Positions 10,283 through 17,192 of a DNA stretch of 64,000 bases are shown piece by piece. The translations under genes were made by a program, and so were the position numbers. The notes below the pieces were generated by a model. The model was given only the letters and a program-made list of their open reading frames with translations. It was not told the DNA's origin and ran no database searches. The DNA comes from Bacillota bacterium. Its GTDB lineage: Bacteria; Bacillota; Desulfotomaculia; Desulfotomaculales; UBA12532. The first letter of the stretch is position 1; every line of letters begins with the position of its first letter. Location of the stretch: the NCBI GenBank assembly GCA_040751815.1, contig JBFMHQ010000001.1, forward strand, positions 4,073 to 68,072. Direction: 5' to 3'.

Positions 10283-10871
10283 GGTGGTACTGGCTACCAG
10301 GAACCCCGGCAAGGTGGCCGAGTTTGGGGCCCTGCTGGCGCCGCTGGGGATAACGGTGGTTGCATTGGGCGATTACGAGGGGGCCCCTGAGATGCGTGAA
10401 GACGGGGCTACCTTCGCGGAAAACGCTATCAAGAAAGCGCGGACCGCGGCCGCCTTTACCCGGGAAGTGGCCCTTGCCGACGACTCCGGCCTAGAGGTGG
10501 ACGCCCTCGGCGGCCGGCCTGGCGTCTTTTCGGCCAGGTTTGCCGGCCGCCCCGGGGACGACGCGGCGAACAACGCGAAGCTCTTGCGCCTCCTGCAAGG
10601 CGTACCCTGGGAGCGGCGGACCGCGCGCTTCCGGTGTGTGATCGCCATCGCCACGCCGGGCGGCGAGGTCTTTACGGCGGAAGGCACGTGCAAGGGATAT
10701 ATCGGGTTTGCCCCCCGCGGCGAGGGTGGTTTCGGCTACGACCCCCTCTTTTACGTTCCGGACTACGGCAAGACCTTTGCAGAACTGGATATGGAAACCA
10801 AAAACCGTATCAGCCACCGGGGGCGCGCCCTGGAAGAGGCGAGGGCCATCCTGGAAAGACTGTTCGGGTAA
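10275..10871 (+). CDS. rdgB: dITP/XTP pyrophosphatase (Ham1 family)
   Basis: [22 protein letters not shown] and ISHRGRA motifs; follows rph. Confidence 0.95.
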   Translation: MRKVVLATRNPGKVAEFGALLAPLGITVVALGDYEGAPEMREDGATFAENAIKKARTAAAFTREVALADDSGLEVDALGGRPGVFSARFAGRPGDDAANNAKLLRLLQGVPWERRTARFRCVIAIATPGGEVFTAEGTCKGYIGFAPRGEGGFGYDPLFYVPDYGKTFAELDMETKNRISHRGRALEEARAILERLFG

Positions 10872-10873
10872 CC

Positions 10874-10902
10874 TTTACGGGCACGGGCTTTTGCGGTATA
10901 AT
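10874..10902 (+). promoter_or_regulatory. sigma-A promoter of tRNA-Gly/Arg
   Basis: TTTACG-N17-TATAAT, 15 nt before tRNA-Gly. Confidence 0.7.
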
Positions 10903-10917
10903 TAAAGGCGTGAACGT

Positions 10918-10991
10918 GCGGGTGTAGCTCAATGGTAGAGCACCGGCCTTCCAAGCCGGGTACGAGGGTTCGATTCCCTTCACCCGCTCCA
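10918..10991 (+). tRNA. tRNA-Gly(TCC)
   Basis: Cloverleaf; anticodon loop CT-TCC-AA; GTTCGA T-arm; encoded CCA. Confidence 0.97.
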
Positions 10992-11071
10992 TAAATCGGT
11001 CTATCCATAAGCTAGAATTCCCGCAGGGAATTCCTTCAAGTCTGACGATTGATGTCCGACGACCAAATTTT

Positions 11072-11148
11072 GTCCCGGTAGCTCAGCAGGACAGAGCAGC
11101 GGCCTTCTAAGCCGCCGGTCGGGGGTTCGAATCCCTCCCGGGACGCCA
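11072..11148 (+). tRNA. tRNA-Arg(TCT)
   Basis: GCGGC-CTTCTAA-GCCGC anticodon arm; GTTCGAATC; CCA end. Confidence 0.97.
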
Positions 11149-11154
11149 TAGTTA

Positions 11155-11184
11155 TTGACAAAGGTAGATATCGTCTGTTACCAT
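11155..11184 (+). promoter_or_regulatory. sigma-A promoter of tRNA-His/Gln/Lys
   Basis: TTGACA-N18-TACCAT with TGn extension. Confidence 0.65.
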
Positions 11185-11198
11185 TACTTTTGCGGCGT

Positions 11199-11276
11199 GG
11201 TGGGCGTAGCTCAACTGGTTAGAGCGCCAGACTGTGGATCTGGAGGCTGTGGGTTCGAGCCCCACCGTCCACCCCA
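11199..11276 (+). tRNA. tRNA-His(GTG)
   Basis: CCAGA-CTGTGGA-TCTGG anticodon arm; encoded G-1 and C73; CCA end. Confidence 0.97.
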
Positions 11277-11277
11277 T

Positions 11278-11383
11278 TTGAGAAGTGAGAAGTGAGAAGT
11301 TGGAAGTGAGATTGGCTGAAGAATTCACAAAGCGAATTCCTTCAAAGGGTCTAACATCCAACCTCTCACATCCCACATCTGAA
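11278..11383. repeat. heptamer-repeat (GAGAAGT)n long imperfect hairpin filling the His-Gln spacer
   Basis: Arms 11278-11311 and 11350-11383 match at 27/34 positions as reverse complements; inner GAATTC-N7-GAATTC hairpin. Confidence 0.85.
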
Positions 11384-11384
11384 C

Positions 11385-11458
11385 TGGGGCGTGGCCAAGA
11401 GGTAAGGCAGCGGACTTTGGATCCGCGATCGTTGGTTCGAATCCAGCCGCCCCAGCCA
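11385..11458 (+). tRNA. tRNA-Gln(TTG)
   Basis: TGGGGCG acceptor; GCGGA-CTTTGGA-TCCGC anticodon arm; CCA end. Confidence 0.96.
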
Positions 11459-11639
11459 ATTAGTCGTCGGTGGTCAGTCGTCAGTAGTCAGCAAGACAGG
11501 GTAAGAGTTTGCTGACGAATTACACGGACAGGGACCAAAAACCGGCGTCCGACGACTGATGACCCAAATAAAAAGGGGAATCGCCCCGGCAATTTTCTTC
11601 GAGAGTCCGATAACCGACGACTGACGACCGACGACCGAT
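11459..11639. repeat. heptamer-repeat (GTCGTCR / YGACGAC)n long imperfect hairpin filling the Gln-Lys spacer
   Basis: Arms 11459-11491 and 11607-11639 match at 26/33 positions; a further partial arm copy lies near 11548-11570. Confidence 0.85.
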
Positions 11640-11643
11640 TTAT

Positions 11644-11720
11644 GAGCCACTAGCTCAGTCCGGCAGAGCACCTGACTTTTAATCAGGGAGTCGCTGGTTC
11701 GAATCCAGCGTGGCTCACCA
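11644..11720 (+). tRNA. tRNA-Lys(TTT)
   Basis: CCTGA-CTTTTAA-TCAGG anticodon arm; GTTCGAATC; CCA end. Confidence 0.97.
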
Positions 11721-11729
11721 GAAAAACTC

Positions 11730-11764
11730 AGGAACCGCACGGGTTTGCGGTTCCTTTAATTTTT
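11730..11764 (+). terminator. intrinsic terminator after tRNA-Lys
   Basis: AGGAACCGCA/TGCGGTTCCT stem followed by a T-rich tail. Confidence 0.8.
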
Positions 11765-11885
11765 CCAGGGGGCCTGTAAGGGGTAGTTGCTCGTTTGCCG
11801 CCTAAAAAATTATTGAAGCGGTCGGCTGCCTCCCGCTGCTGGCCGGGGATGGCGGGCCGTATATGTTCCGCGGTGGTGGCTGCAA

Positions 11886-11980
11886 TTTTGACAGTAGTTT
11901 TGACAGTAATGCGAGAGAGATTTGCCTTTATTCGTGGTATGGGCTTTAAATTTTTCTGGTTTGACGGTAATTTGACGGGA
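11886..11980. repeat. two pairs of tandem TTTGACRGTA-like repeats (integrase arm-site-like)
   Basis: TTTTGACAGTA x2 (11886-11908) and TTTGACGG x2 (11960-11978). Confidence 0.6.
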
Positions 11981-12015
11981 GAAATAATGCTATAATCTGC
12001 TCAGGGGTCGAGGCA

Positions 12016-12612
12016 ATGGAGTTAACGCCGAGGGAAACGCAGGTCCTGGACTGCATCCTGAAACACCTGGAGGAGAAAGGTTACCCTCCTTCCATCCGGG
12101 AAATCGGAAAAACCATAGGGCTCAAGTCCCCGGCCACCGTGCACGCCTACCTCAGGAGGTTGGAGGAGAAGGGTCTTCTGCGCCGGGATCAGGCCGCACC
12201 GCGGGCGGTGAGCGTGGGCCTGCGGCGGCCGGGTGCGGTGGCCGTACCCCTCCTGGGCAGGATAGCCGCCGGCCGGCCACGTCCCGCGGTCGAGTTCCGC
12301 GAGGACGTGCTCCTGCTCCCGGCCGAACTCACCGGGAGCGGGGAATTCTTCGCCCTCCGCGTCCGGGGCGAGAGCATGGTGGACGCGGGTATACTGGACG
12401 GCGACCTGGTCATCGTCCGCCGACAGCCCGCGGCGGAGAACGGCGATATTGTTGCCGCGCTCGTCGCGGGAGAGGCCACGGTGAAGCGCTTCTACCGGGA
12501 GGCCGGCCGCATCCGCCTGCAACCGGAAAACAAAGCGATGCAGCCGATTTTCACCGACGAGGCCGCGATACTTGGGAAAGTCATCGCCCTGGTCCGGAAG
12601 TACCGGTCTTGA
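12016..12612 (+). CDS. lexA: LexA-family repressor
   Basis: YPPSIREIG..SPATVH wHTH; IAAG cleavage site; GESM Ser and TVKR Lys dyad; TGnTATAAT at 11988-11996 upstream. Confidence 0.92.
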   Translation: MELTPRETQVLDCILKHLEEKGYPPSIREIGKTIGLKSPATVHAYLRRLEEKGLLRRDQAAPRAVSVGLRRPGAVAVPLLGRIAAGRPRPAVEFREDVLLLPAELTGSGEFFALRVRGESMVDAGILDGDLVIVRRQPAAENGDIVAALVAGEATVKRFYREAGRIRLQPENKAMQPIFTDEAAILGKVIALVRKYRS

Positions 12613-12656
12613 CACGAACAGGTGTTCGAGGTATCCTGGAGGCGAACACCTGTTCG
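12609..12656 (+). promoter_or_regulatory. sigma-A promoter with two perfect Gram-positive SOS (Cheo) boxes
   Basis: TTGACA(12609)-N17-TATCCT(12632); CGAACaggtGTTCG at 12615-12628 in the spacer and CGAACacctGTTCG at 12643-12656. Confidence 0.9.
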
Positions 12657-12670
12657 AGCGAGGGCTTTCC

Positions 12671-13855
12671 GTGGAGAGGGCAATAATTCTCGCGGACATG
12701 GACGCCTTTTACGCCGCCGTCCACCAGGCGCTGGATCCCACCCTGAGGGGCAGGCCGGTCATCGTGGCCGGCGACCCCGCGGCGCGCCGCGGCATCGTCC
12801 TGGCGGCCAGCTACGAAGCTAAAGCCAGGGGTGTGAAGACGGGCGTTCCGGTGCACGAGGCGCGGCGGCTGTGCCCCGAGGGGATCTTCGTCAGGCCGCA
12901 GCACCACCTCTACCTGCATTTTTCCACCCGCATCCTGGGGATCATGCGGGACTTTACCCCGCTGGTGGAACCGTTCTCCATCGACGAGGCCTTTCTCGAC
13001 GTCACCGGGTGCCGGAGCCTTTTCGGCTCTCCCGAGGAAATCGCCCTGGCCCTCAAGCGCCGCATCCGCCGCGAGGTGGGCGTGAGCTGCAGCGTCGGGA
13101 TAGGGCCGAACAAGCTCCTGGCCAAGATGGCCGCGGGGCTTCAAAAGCCGGACGGCCTTACGGTCCTGCGGCACGAGGACGTGCCCGCGCGGCTCTGGCC
13201 CCTGCCGGTGAGGGAGCTCTTCGGCGTCGGCCCCCGGTACGAAGAGCACCTGAGAAGGCTTGGCATCCACACCATCGGGGACCTGGCCGGCTACCCGGTG
13301 GAAATCCTGCGGGCGCGGTTCGGGGTTTACGGCGAGCTTCTCTGGCTGTGCGCCAACGGCGTAGACGAGAGCCCCGTCGATCCCCATTCGCTGGACGAGT
13401 GCAAAAGCATCGGCCACCAGATAACTCTGCCCAGGGACTACCGCCGGTTCGGGGAGATAAAGGTGGTCATCCTGGAATTGGCCGACGAGGTAGCTGCGCG
13501 GGTCAGGGCCGGCGGTTACACGGGCAGAACGGTGGTGCTTTCCCTGAAGGACGCTGGCTTCAGGTACCTGTCGCGGCTGAAGACTCTCCCCGTGCCCACC
13601 AACCTGGCGGCGGACATCTACCGGGCGGCGGGGGATCTTCTGGAGCGGCACTGGCCCGAGGGGATGCCGGTGCGCATGGTAGGGGTGGCCCTGGCCGGGC
13701 TTGTGGCCGGGCTGCCGGTGCAGGTGACCCTCTTCGGGGAGAGGGAGAGGCGGGAAATGGCCGAGCGGGCCTGCGATCACATCCGGGAGAGGTTCGGGGC
13801 GCGGGCGATCTTCAGGGCGTCTTCTCTTACGGGGGCGGGTGTGCTGTATGCGTGA
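12671..13855 (+). CDS. Y-family translesion DNA polymerase (YqjW/UvrX/UmuC-like)
   Basis: ADMDAFYAAV, ASYEAKARGV and SIDEAFLD motifs; C-terminal QVTLF clamp motif followed by ACDHIRERFGARAI (DUF4113-like); GTG at 12671. Confidence 0.92.
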   Translation: MERAIILADMDAFYAAVHQALDPTLRGRPVIVAGDPAARRGIVLAASYEAKARGVKTGVPVHEARRLCPEGIFVRPQHHLYLHFSTRILGIMRDFTPLVEPFSIDEAFLDVTGCRSLFGSPEEIALALKRRIRREVGVSCSVGIGPNKLLAKMAAGLQKPDGLTVLRHEDVPARLWPLPVRELFGVGPRYEEHLRRLGIHTIGDLAGYPVEILRARFGVYGELLWLCANGVDESPVDPHSLDECKSIGHQITLPRDYRRFGEIKVVILELADEVAARVRAGGYTGRTVVLSLKDAGFRYLSRLKTLPVPTNLAADIYRAAGDLLERHWPEGMPVRMVGVALAGLVAGLPVQVTLFGERERREMAERACDHIRERFGARAIFRASSLTGAGVLYA

Positions 13856-14177
13856 TAACCGACTGTGGGAGGGCCACCGTATCGTCCTGCCGGAACTCCG
13901 GGAAATGGCATCAAAGCGGTGTGCGGACTGCCGGTTCTTCGTCAGGATCAAGGGGAGGGAGGAGGCACGGTGGGGCTGCGTCGCCGGCCTGCCCGATTGT
14001 GATATCCCCGGAAAGTTGATCCCGGAAAGCCTGCACGCGGCGGAAGTCATCAGGGTTGCGGGGAGAGACGGGCTTTTCCGGGCAGTCTCGCATGGTGACC
14101 CCGGCGCCCAGGCGTGCGGGCTCTTTCTCCCCAGGTGCGGAAAGTTCGTCCCCACCCTTCCCATCCCCAGGCGGTAG
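13848..14177 (+). CDS. small protein with YolD/YqjX-like N-terminal motif and Cys-rich C-terminal region
   Basis: ATG overlaps the polymerase stop; MRDNRLWEGHRIVLPELRE then CADC...C...C...C...C. Confidence 0.65.
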   Translation: MRDNRLWEGHRIVLPELREMASKRCADCRFFVRIKGREEARWGCVAGLPDCDIPGKLIPESLHAAEVIRVAGRDGLFRAVSHGDPGAQACGLFLPRCGKFVPTLPIPRR

Positions 14178-14365
14178 CCGTTCCGGAGGGCCCGGCTCTG
14201 CGGCGGCGCAAACCGGTACGACCGGGGTTGATTTGGCATCATAAGCCGGCCGTTCCGGCCAACAACGCATTGGCAGTGGCCGCCGGATGAAGCGGCGGCA
14301 AAAGTGCCGGGCGGAGGCGGGGTGGCGCAAGCCGAAGGCAGGCCGGCAGAAGTCTTTTCGCCTTC

Positions 14366-14396
14366 TTGACCCCTACCGCGGGCGGGATGCTATAAT
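14366..14396 (+). promoter_or_regulatory. sigma-A promoter of tRNA-Leu
   Basis: TTGACC followed by TGcTATAAT extended -10 (spacer 19). Confidence 0.55.
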
Positions 14397-14434
14397 GTTG
14401 GTGTTGGCGAAACCGGCCGTAGCGCTGGCCCGGT

Positions 14435-14518
14435 GCGGGCGTGGCGGAACGGCAGACGCGCCGGACTTAGGATCCGGTGGGGCCACCCGTGGAGGTTCAA
14501 ATCCTCTCGCCCGCACCA
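14435..14518 (+). tRNA. tRNA-Leu(TAG)
   Basis: CCGGA-CTTAGGA-TCCGG anticodon arm; long variable arm; CCA end. Confidence 0.97.
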
Positions 14519-14715
14519 GTCACCACCTTGGTGTCTACCACCCGGCAAAGCAGGATGTCCTGGGTCTCCTGTGTCGCCGCGATCCGTATGCACGTGTAAA
14601 ATTCCCTGGCTTCTTTCTCCCCGTCGAAAACGTGAACCAGGGCGTAACCCGGAGCAAACCGTTGGGGCAGGACTACCAGCCACGAACCGGCCGGGATCAG
14701 CCTCTTACACGCCAC
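14497..14715 (-). CDS. hypothetical small protein (72 aa)
   Basis: AGGAGG 8 nt before GTG; 3' end overlaps tRNA-Leu by 22 nt. Confidence 0.5.
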   Translation of the reverse strand: MACKRLIPAGSWLVVLPQRFAPGYALVHVFDGEKEAREFYTCIRIAATQETQDILLCRVVDTKVVTGAGERI

Positions 14716-14734
14716 GCCCCAAACCTCCTTCCTC

Positions 14735-14762
14735 AAAGAAAAGGAGAACCGGCAGGTTCTCC
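14735..14762 (-). terminator. terminator-like hairpin in the leader of the 72-aa ORF
   Basis: GGAGAACC/GGTTCTCC stem followed by TTTTCTTT on the minus strand. Confidence 0.55.
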
Positions 14763-15056
14763 GCAGGGATGGGGTAGGGTTAACCGACGGCAAAAACCGC
14801 CGGCGGGGGCCTCCTGTTTAGAAAATATTACCCGGCACGGCCGCAGGTGTAAATCGTGCCAGAGTCTTAATTACCCGGGACCCTGGAACTATTGGCTGCC
14901 GGGGGCCGGAGACCCGCGCTATAGGCCTTACCTGCCGGTTGGTCGCGCCGGGAGCCCAACCCCAGGAAACTGCTCCAGGTTTTTGCCCTTGTTGGCCCGC
15001 CTGAGGCCCCGTTACGATAAATAATGAAGATTATTAAGCGTACGAGGTGATATTCT

Positions 15057-15968
15057 CTGTCTTTCCGCCGACCTTTTCTAACCTTTGCCCTTCTACTTGC
15101 CTTCACCCTTCCCTTCCCGTTGGGTGCCGTAACTTTGCAGGAGTACCTGCACCGGCAGGGATTGGCCGGCCCGCCGGCGCGGAATGTGGCCGCGGCGGCG
15201 CGCATGCCGGACTACGCTCCCTTGCAGCGGGAACTTATCACCTTCATCGACGGCCGGGAAGCTGTTTACGGCATCTATTTTAAAGATCTGGTTTCCGGGG
15301 CCGAGTTCGGGATTAACGACCGCGAACCAATCCACGCCGCCAGTACCATCAAGGTACCCGTGGTGCTTTACCTGAATACCCTGGCGGCGCAGGGCAAGGT
15401 CGACTGGCAGGACAGGGTGGTATACCGCCGGGATCTTGATTACCAGGAAGGAGCCGGCATCCTGCAGTTTGCCGCCCGCGACGGCGATACTTACTCCCTG
15501 CGCGTCTTGGCCAACCTCTCCATTACCATCAGCGATAACATTGCCTACCGCATGCTTGTCCGGCACCTGGGGAAGGAGAACATCGCCCGGTTCATGCGGG
15601 ATCTGGGGGGTGAAGTGGTATTTCCGGGGGGCACCGCTATGACCACCGCCCGCGATATGGGCCGCTACCTCCAGGGCGTGGTCGATTTCGCACGGCAGCA
15701 CCCGGAGCTGGGACGGCGACTGCTCGATGACATGGCCAACCCCATTTACCACGTCGGCCTGCCGGGAGAATTGCCGCCGCAGGTAACGGTAGCACACAAG
15801 GAGGGCGACATCTGGGGCGTTTGCAACGACGTCGGAGTGGTATTCGGGCCGCGGCCTTACATTCTTTGCGTACTTTCCAGAGGGACGTACGATATCGACC
15901 GGGGATTTGCCACCATCGCTCGTATCAACAGGATCGTATACGACTACCAGGCGCGGCTCGGTGCCTAG
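15057..15968 (+). CDS. secreted serine hydrolase, class A beta-lactamase-like fold
   Basis: ASTIK (SxxK), SDN, AHKEG and NDVGVV motifs; hydrophobic N-terminus upstream of the ORF-track start 15120; probable CTG start at 15057. Confidence 0.85.
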   Translation: MSFRRPFLTFALLLAFTLPFPLGAVTLQEYLHRQGLAGPPARNVAAAARMPDYAPLQRELITFIDGREAVYGIYFKDLVSGAEFGINDREPIHAASTIKVPVVLYLNTLAAQGKVDWQDRVVYRRDLDYQEGAGILQFAARDGDTYSLRVLANLSITISDNIAYRMLVRHLGKENIARFMRDLGGEVVFPGGTAMTTARDMGRYLQGVVDFARQHPELGRRLLDDMANPIYHVGLPGELPPQVTVAHKEGDIWGVCNDVGVVFGPRPYILCVLSRGTYDIDRGFATIARINRIVYDYQARLGA

Positions 15969-16108
15969 CTTCCGCCTTCCTTCCGTTTCACGTAGACCGC
16001 GCCGCTGCCCCAGAAGCGCGGTGCCCGCAGGGTTGCCCGGCGGCGAAAGGGACGGGGGTTGCTGCGCGGGATGTCCCAGAAGGCATCCCGCCGGTTTCTC
16101 CTGCGCAT
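15965..16108 (-). CDS. small Arg-rich basic protein (47 aa)
   Basis: AGGAGGT 6 nt before ATG 16108; occupies an otherwise empty intergenic gap. Confidence 0.55.
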   Translation of the reverse strand: MRRRNRRDAFWDIPRSNPRPFRRRATLRAPRFWGSGAVYVKRKEGGS

Positions 16109-16163
16109 GTGTTTACCTCCTGCTTTGTTGACCCTATTGGGGCACGGGCTATCAATAGCACTT

Positions 16164-16991
16164 TTAGTTTGCTTCGGAGTCCGGCTCGGTATCCCCGCCG
16201 GGAGTTTCCACGGCCAGGGGCCGGTCGAGTTTCCGCGCAAAGGTCATAAACCCGGTATGTCCCACCATGCGTTGCGCGGGCCTGACGCTGCGGCCTTCGA
16301 GGTGCCAGTCCCGGATAAGTACTTCCAAGGTTTCGATAAGGGTGAAGGCTTTGCTGCGCCGGAGGGCTGTGGTGAAGGCTTCGGCCTGGATGATCGACGG
16401 CACGTATGCGCCGAGGATGCCCCCCGGAACCAGGGCCTCGTACACCGTTTCAACGGCCCGCCAGGGTTCCGGGACATCCAGAAGCGCACGGTCAAAACCT
16501 GTTTCGGGAACGGGGTCGTAAATGCTACCGAGCTTGAGGGTAAGGGCCGGGGTGAGGCCGAAGTAAGCTTCCAGGTTCCGCGCGGCGTGATCGAGCATAT
16601 CCTGCCTTACGTCGTAGGCTACCACGCGTCCCCAGGCTCCCACCTGGCGGACCAGGGCAAGGAGCAACGCGCCGCTACCGACGCCGCCGCAGAGCACGTT
16701 TGCCCCGGGGAATATATCGGCCCACAGGAGGATTATACCGGTATCTTTCGGATAGATGATGCCGCTCCGCCGGGGCATCTTCATCGTGTAGTCGAGCAGG
16801 GTCGGGTAAAAGGCGAAAAGTTCCTTGCCACCGGACGTCTTAACGGCGCAACCCGGCTCCCGGCCCAGGATCTCGTCGTGGTTGGCATAACCCCGGTGGG
16901 TGTACAGGCGCCCGCCCGCCTCCAGGCGCTGCGGGTAGAAGCGCCCCTGATGATCCAGAAAGAAGACCAGGTCTCCAGGTTTGAAGGGCAA
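16164..16991 (-). CDS. trmI: tRNA (adenine-58-N1)-methyltransferase
   Basis: IIYPKD, GVGSGAL, LDVPEPW and RMVGHTGF motifs (GCD14/TrmI family). Confidence 0.9.
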   Translation of the reverse strand: MPFKPGDLVFFLDHQGRFYPQRLEAGGRLYTHRGYANHDEILGREPGCAVKTSGGKELFAFYPTLLDYTMKMPRRSGIIYPKDTGIILLWADIFPGANVLCGGVGSGALLLALVRQVGAWGRVVAYDVRQDMLDHAARNLEAYFGLTPALTLKLGSIYDPVPETGFDRALLDVPEPWRAVETVYEALVPGGILGAYVPSIIQAEAFTTALRRSKAFTLIETLEVLIRDWHLEGRSVRPAQRMVGHTGFMTFARKLDRPLAVETPGGDTEPDSEAN

Positions 16992-17060
16992 ATCGTATCA
17001 CCTCCGGTCCGGGCCTGTCCCCGCTATTCTTCGTGCCGCGGAGAATATTTCCCTGCCGGC

Positions 17061-17089
17061 TTGCCTTGAAAAAAGGGCCATGCTATAAT
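17061..17089 (+). promoter_or_regulatory. sigma-A promoter of tig-clpP-clpX
   Basis: TTGCCT-N17-TATAAT with TGn extension. Confidence 0.7.
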
Positions 17090-17192
17090 ATGGGTTGTTC
17101 GGCGGACCAGGGGTGCCCCTGGTATCTTATTTTGTGGCGCGATGGGACGTTATTTTTAGATATCTTCAAGTTTTGCAGGAGGATGAGCTTTT

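Noticed and set aside
11278-11639. Repeats in tRNA spacers considered as a CRISPR array
   Set aside because: The units are 7-nt tandem repeats without unique spacers, and no cas genes are present.
10763-11740. Short ORFs overlapping the tRNA cluster
   Set aside because: They are translations of tRNA genes and repeat arms.
14870-15000. Possible c-di-GMP-I riboswitch on the minus strand (GGGCAAAAACC...GGCAGCCA)
   Set aside because: Lacks the GAAA-capped stem and the GACGCAAAG core; spacing does not fit.
14287-15024. 245-aa plus-strand ORF
   Set aside because: Runs through tRNA-Leu and its promoter; no recognisable protein features.
11721-17060. Intact prophage or ICE at tRNA-Lys or tRNA-Leu
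   Set aside because: No integrase, phage or conjugation genes, and no duplicated tRNA 3' end was found by eye.
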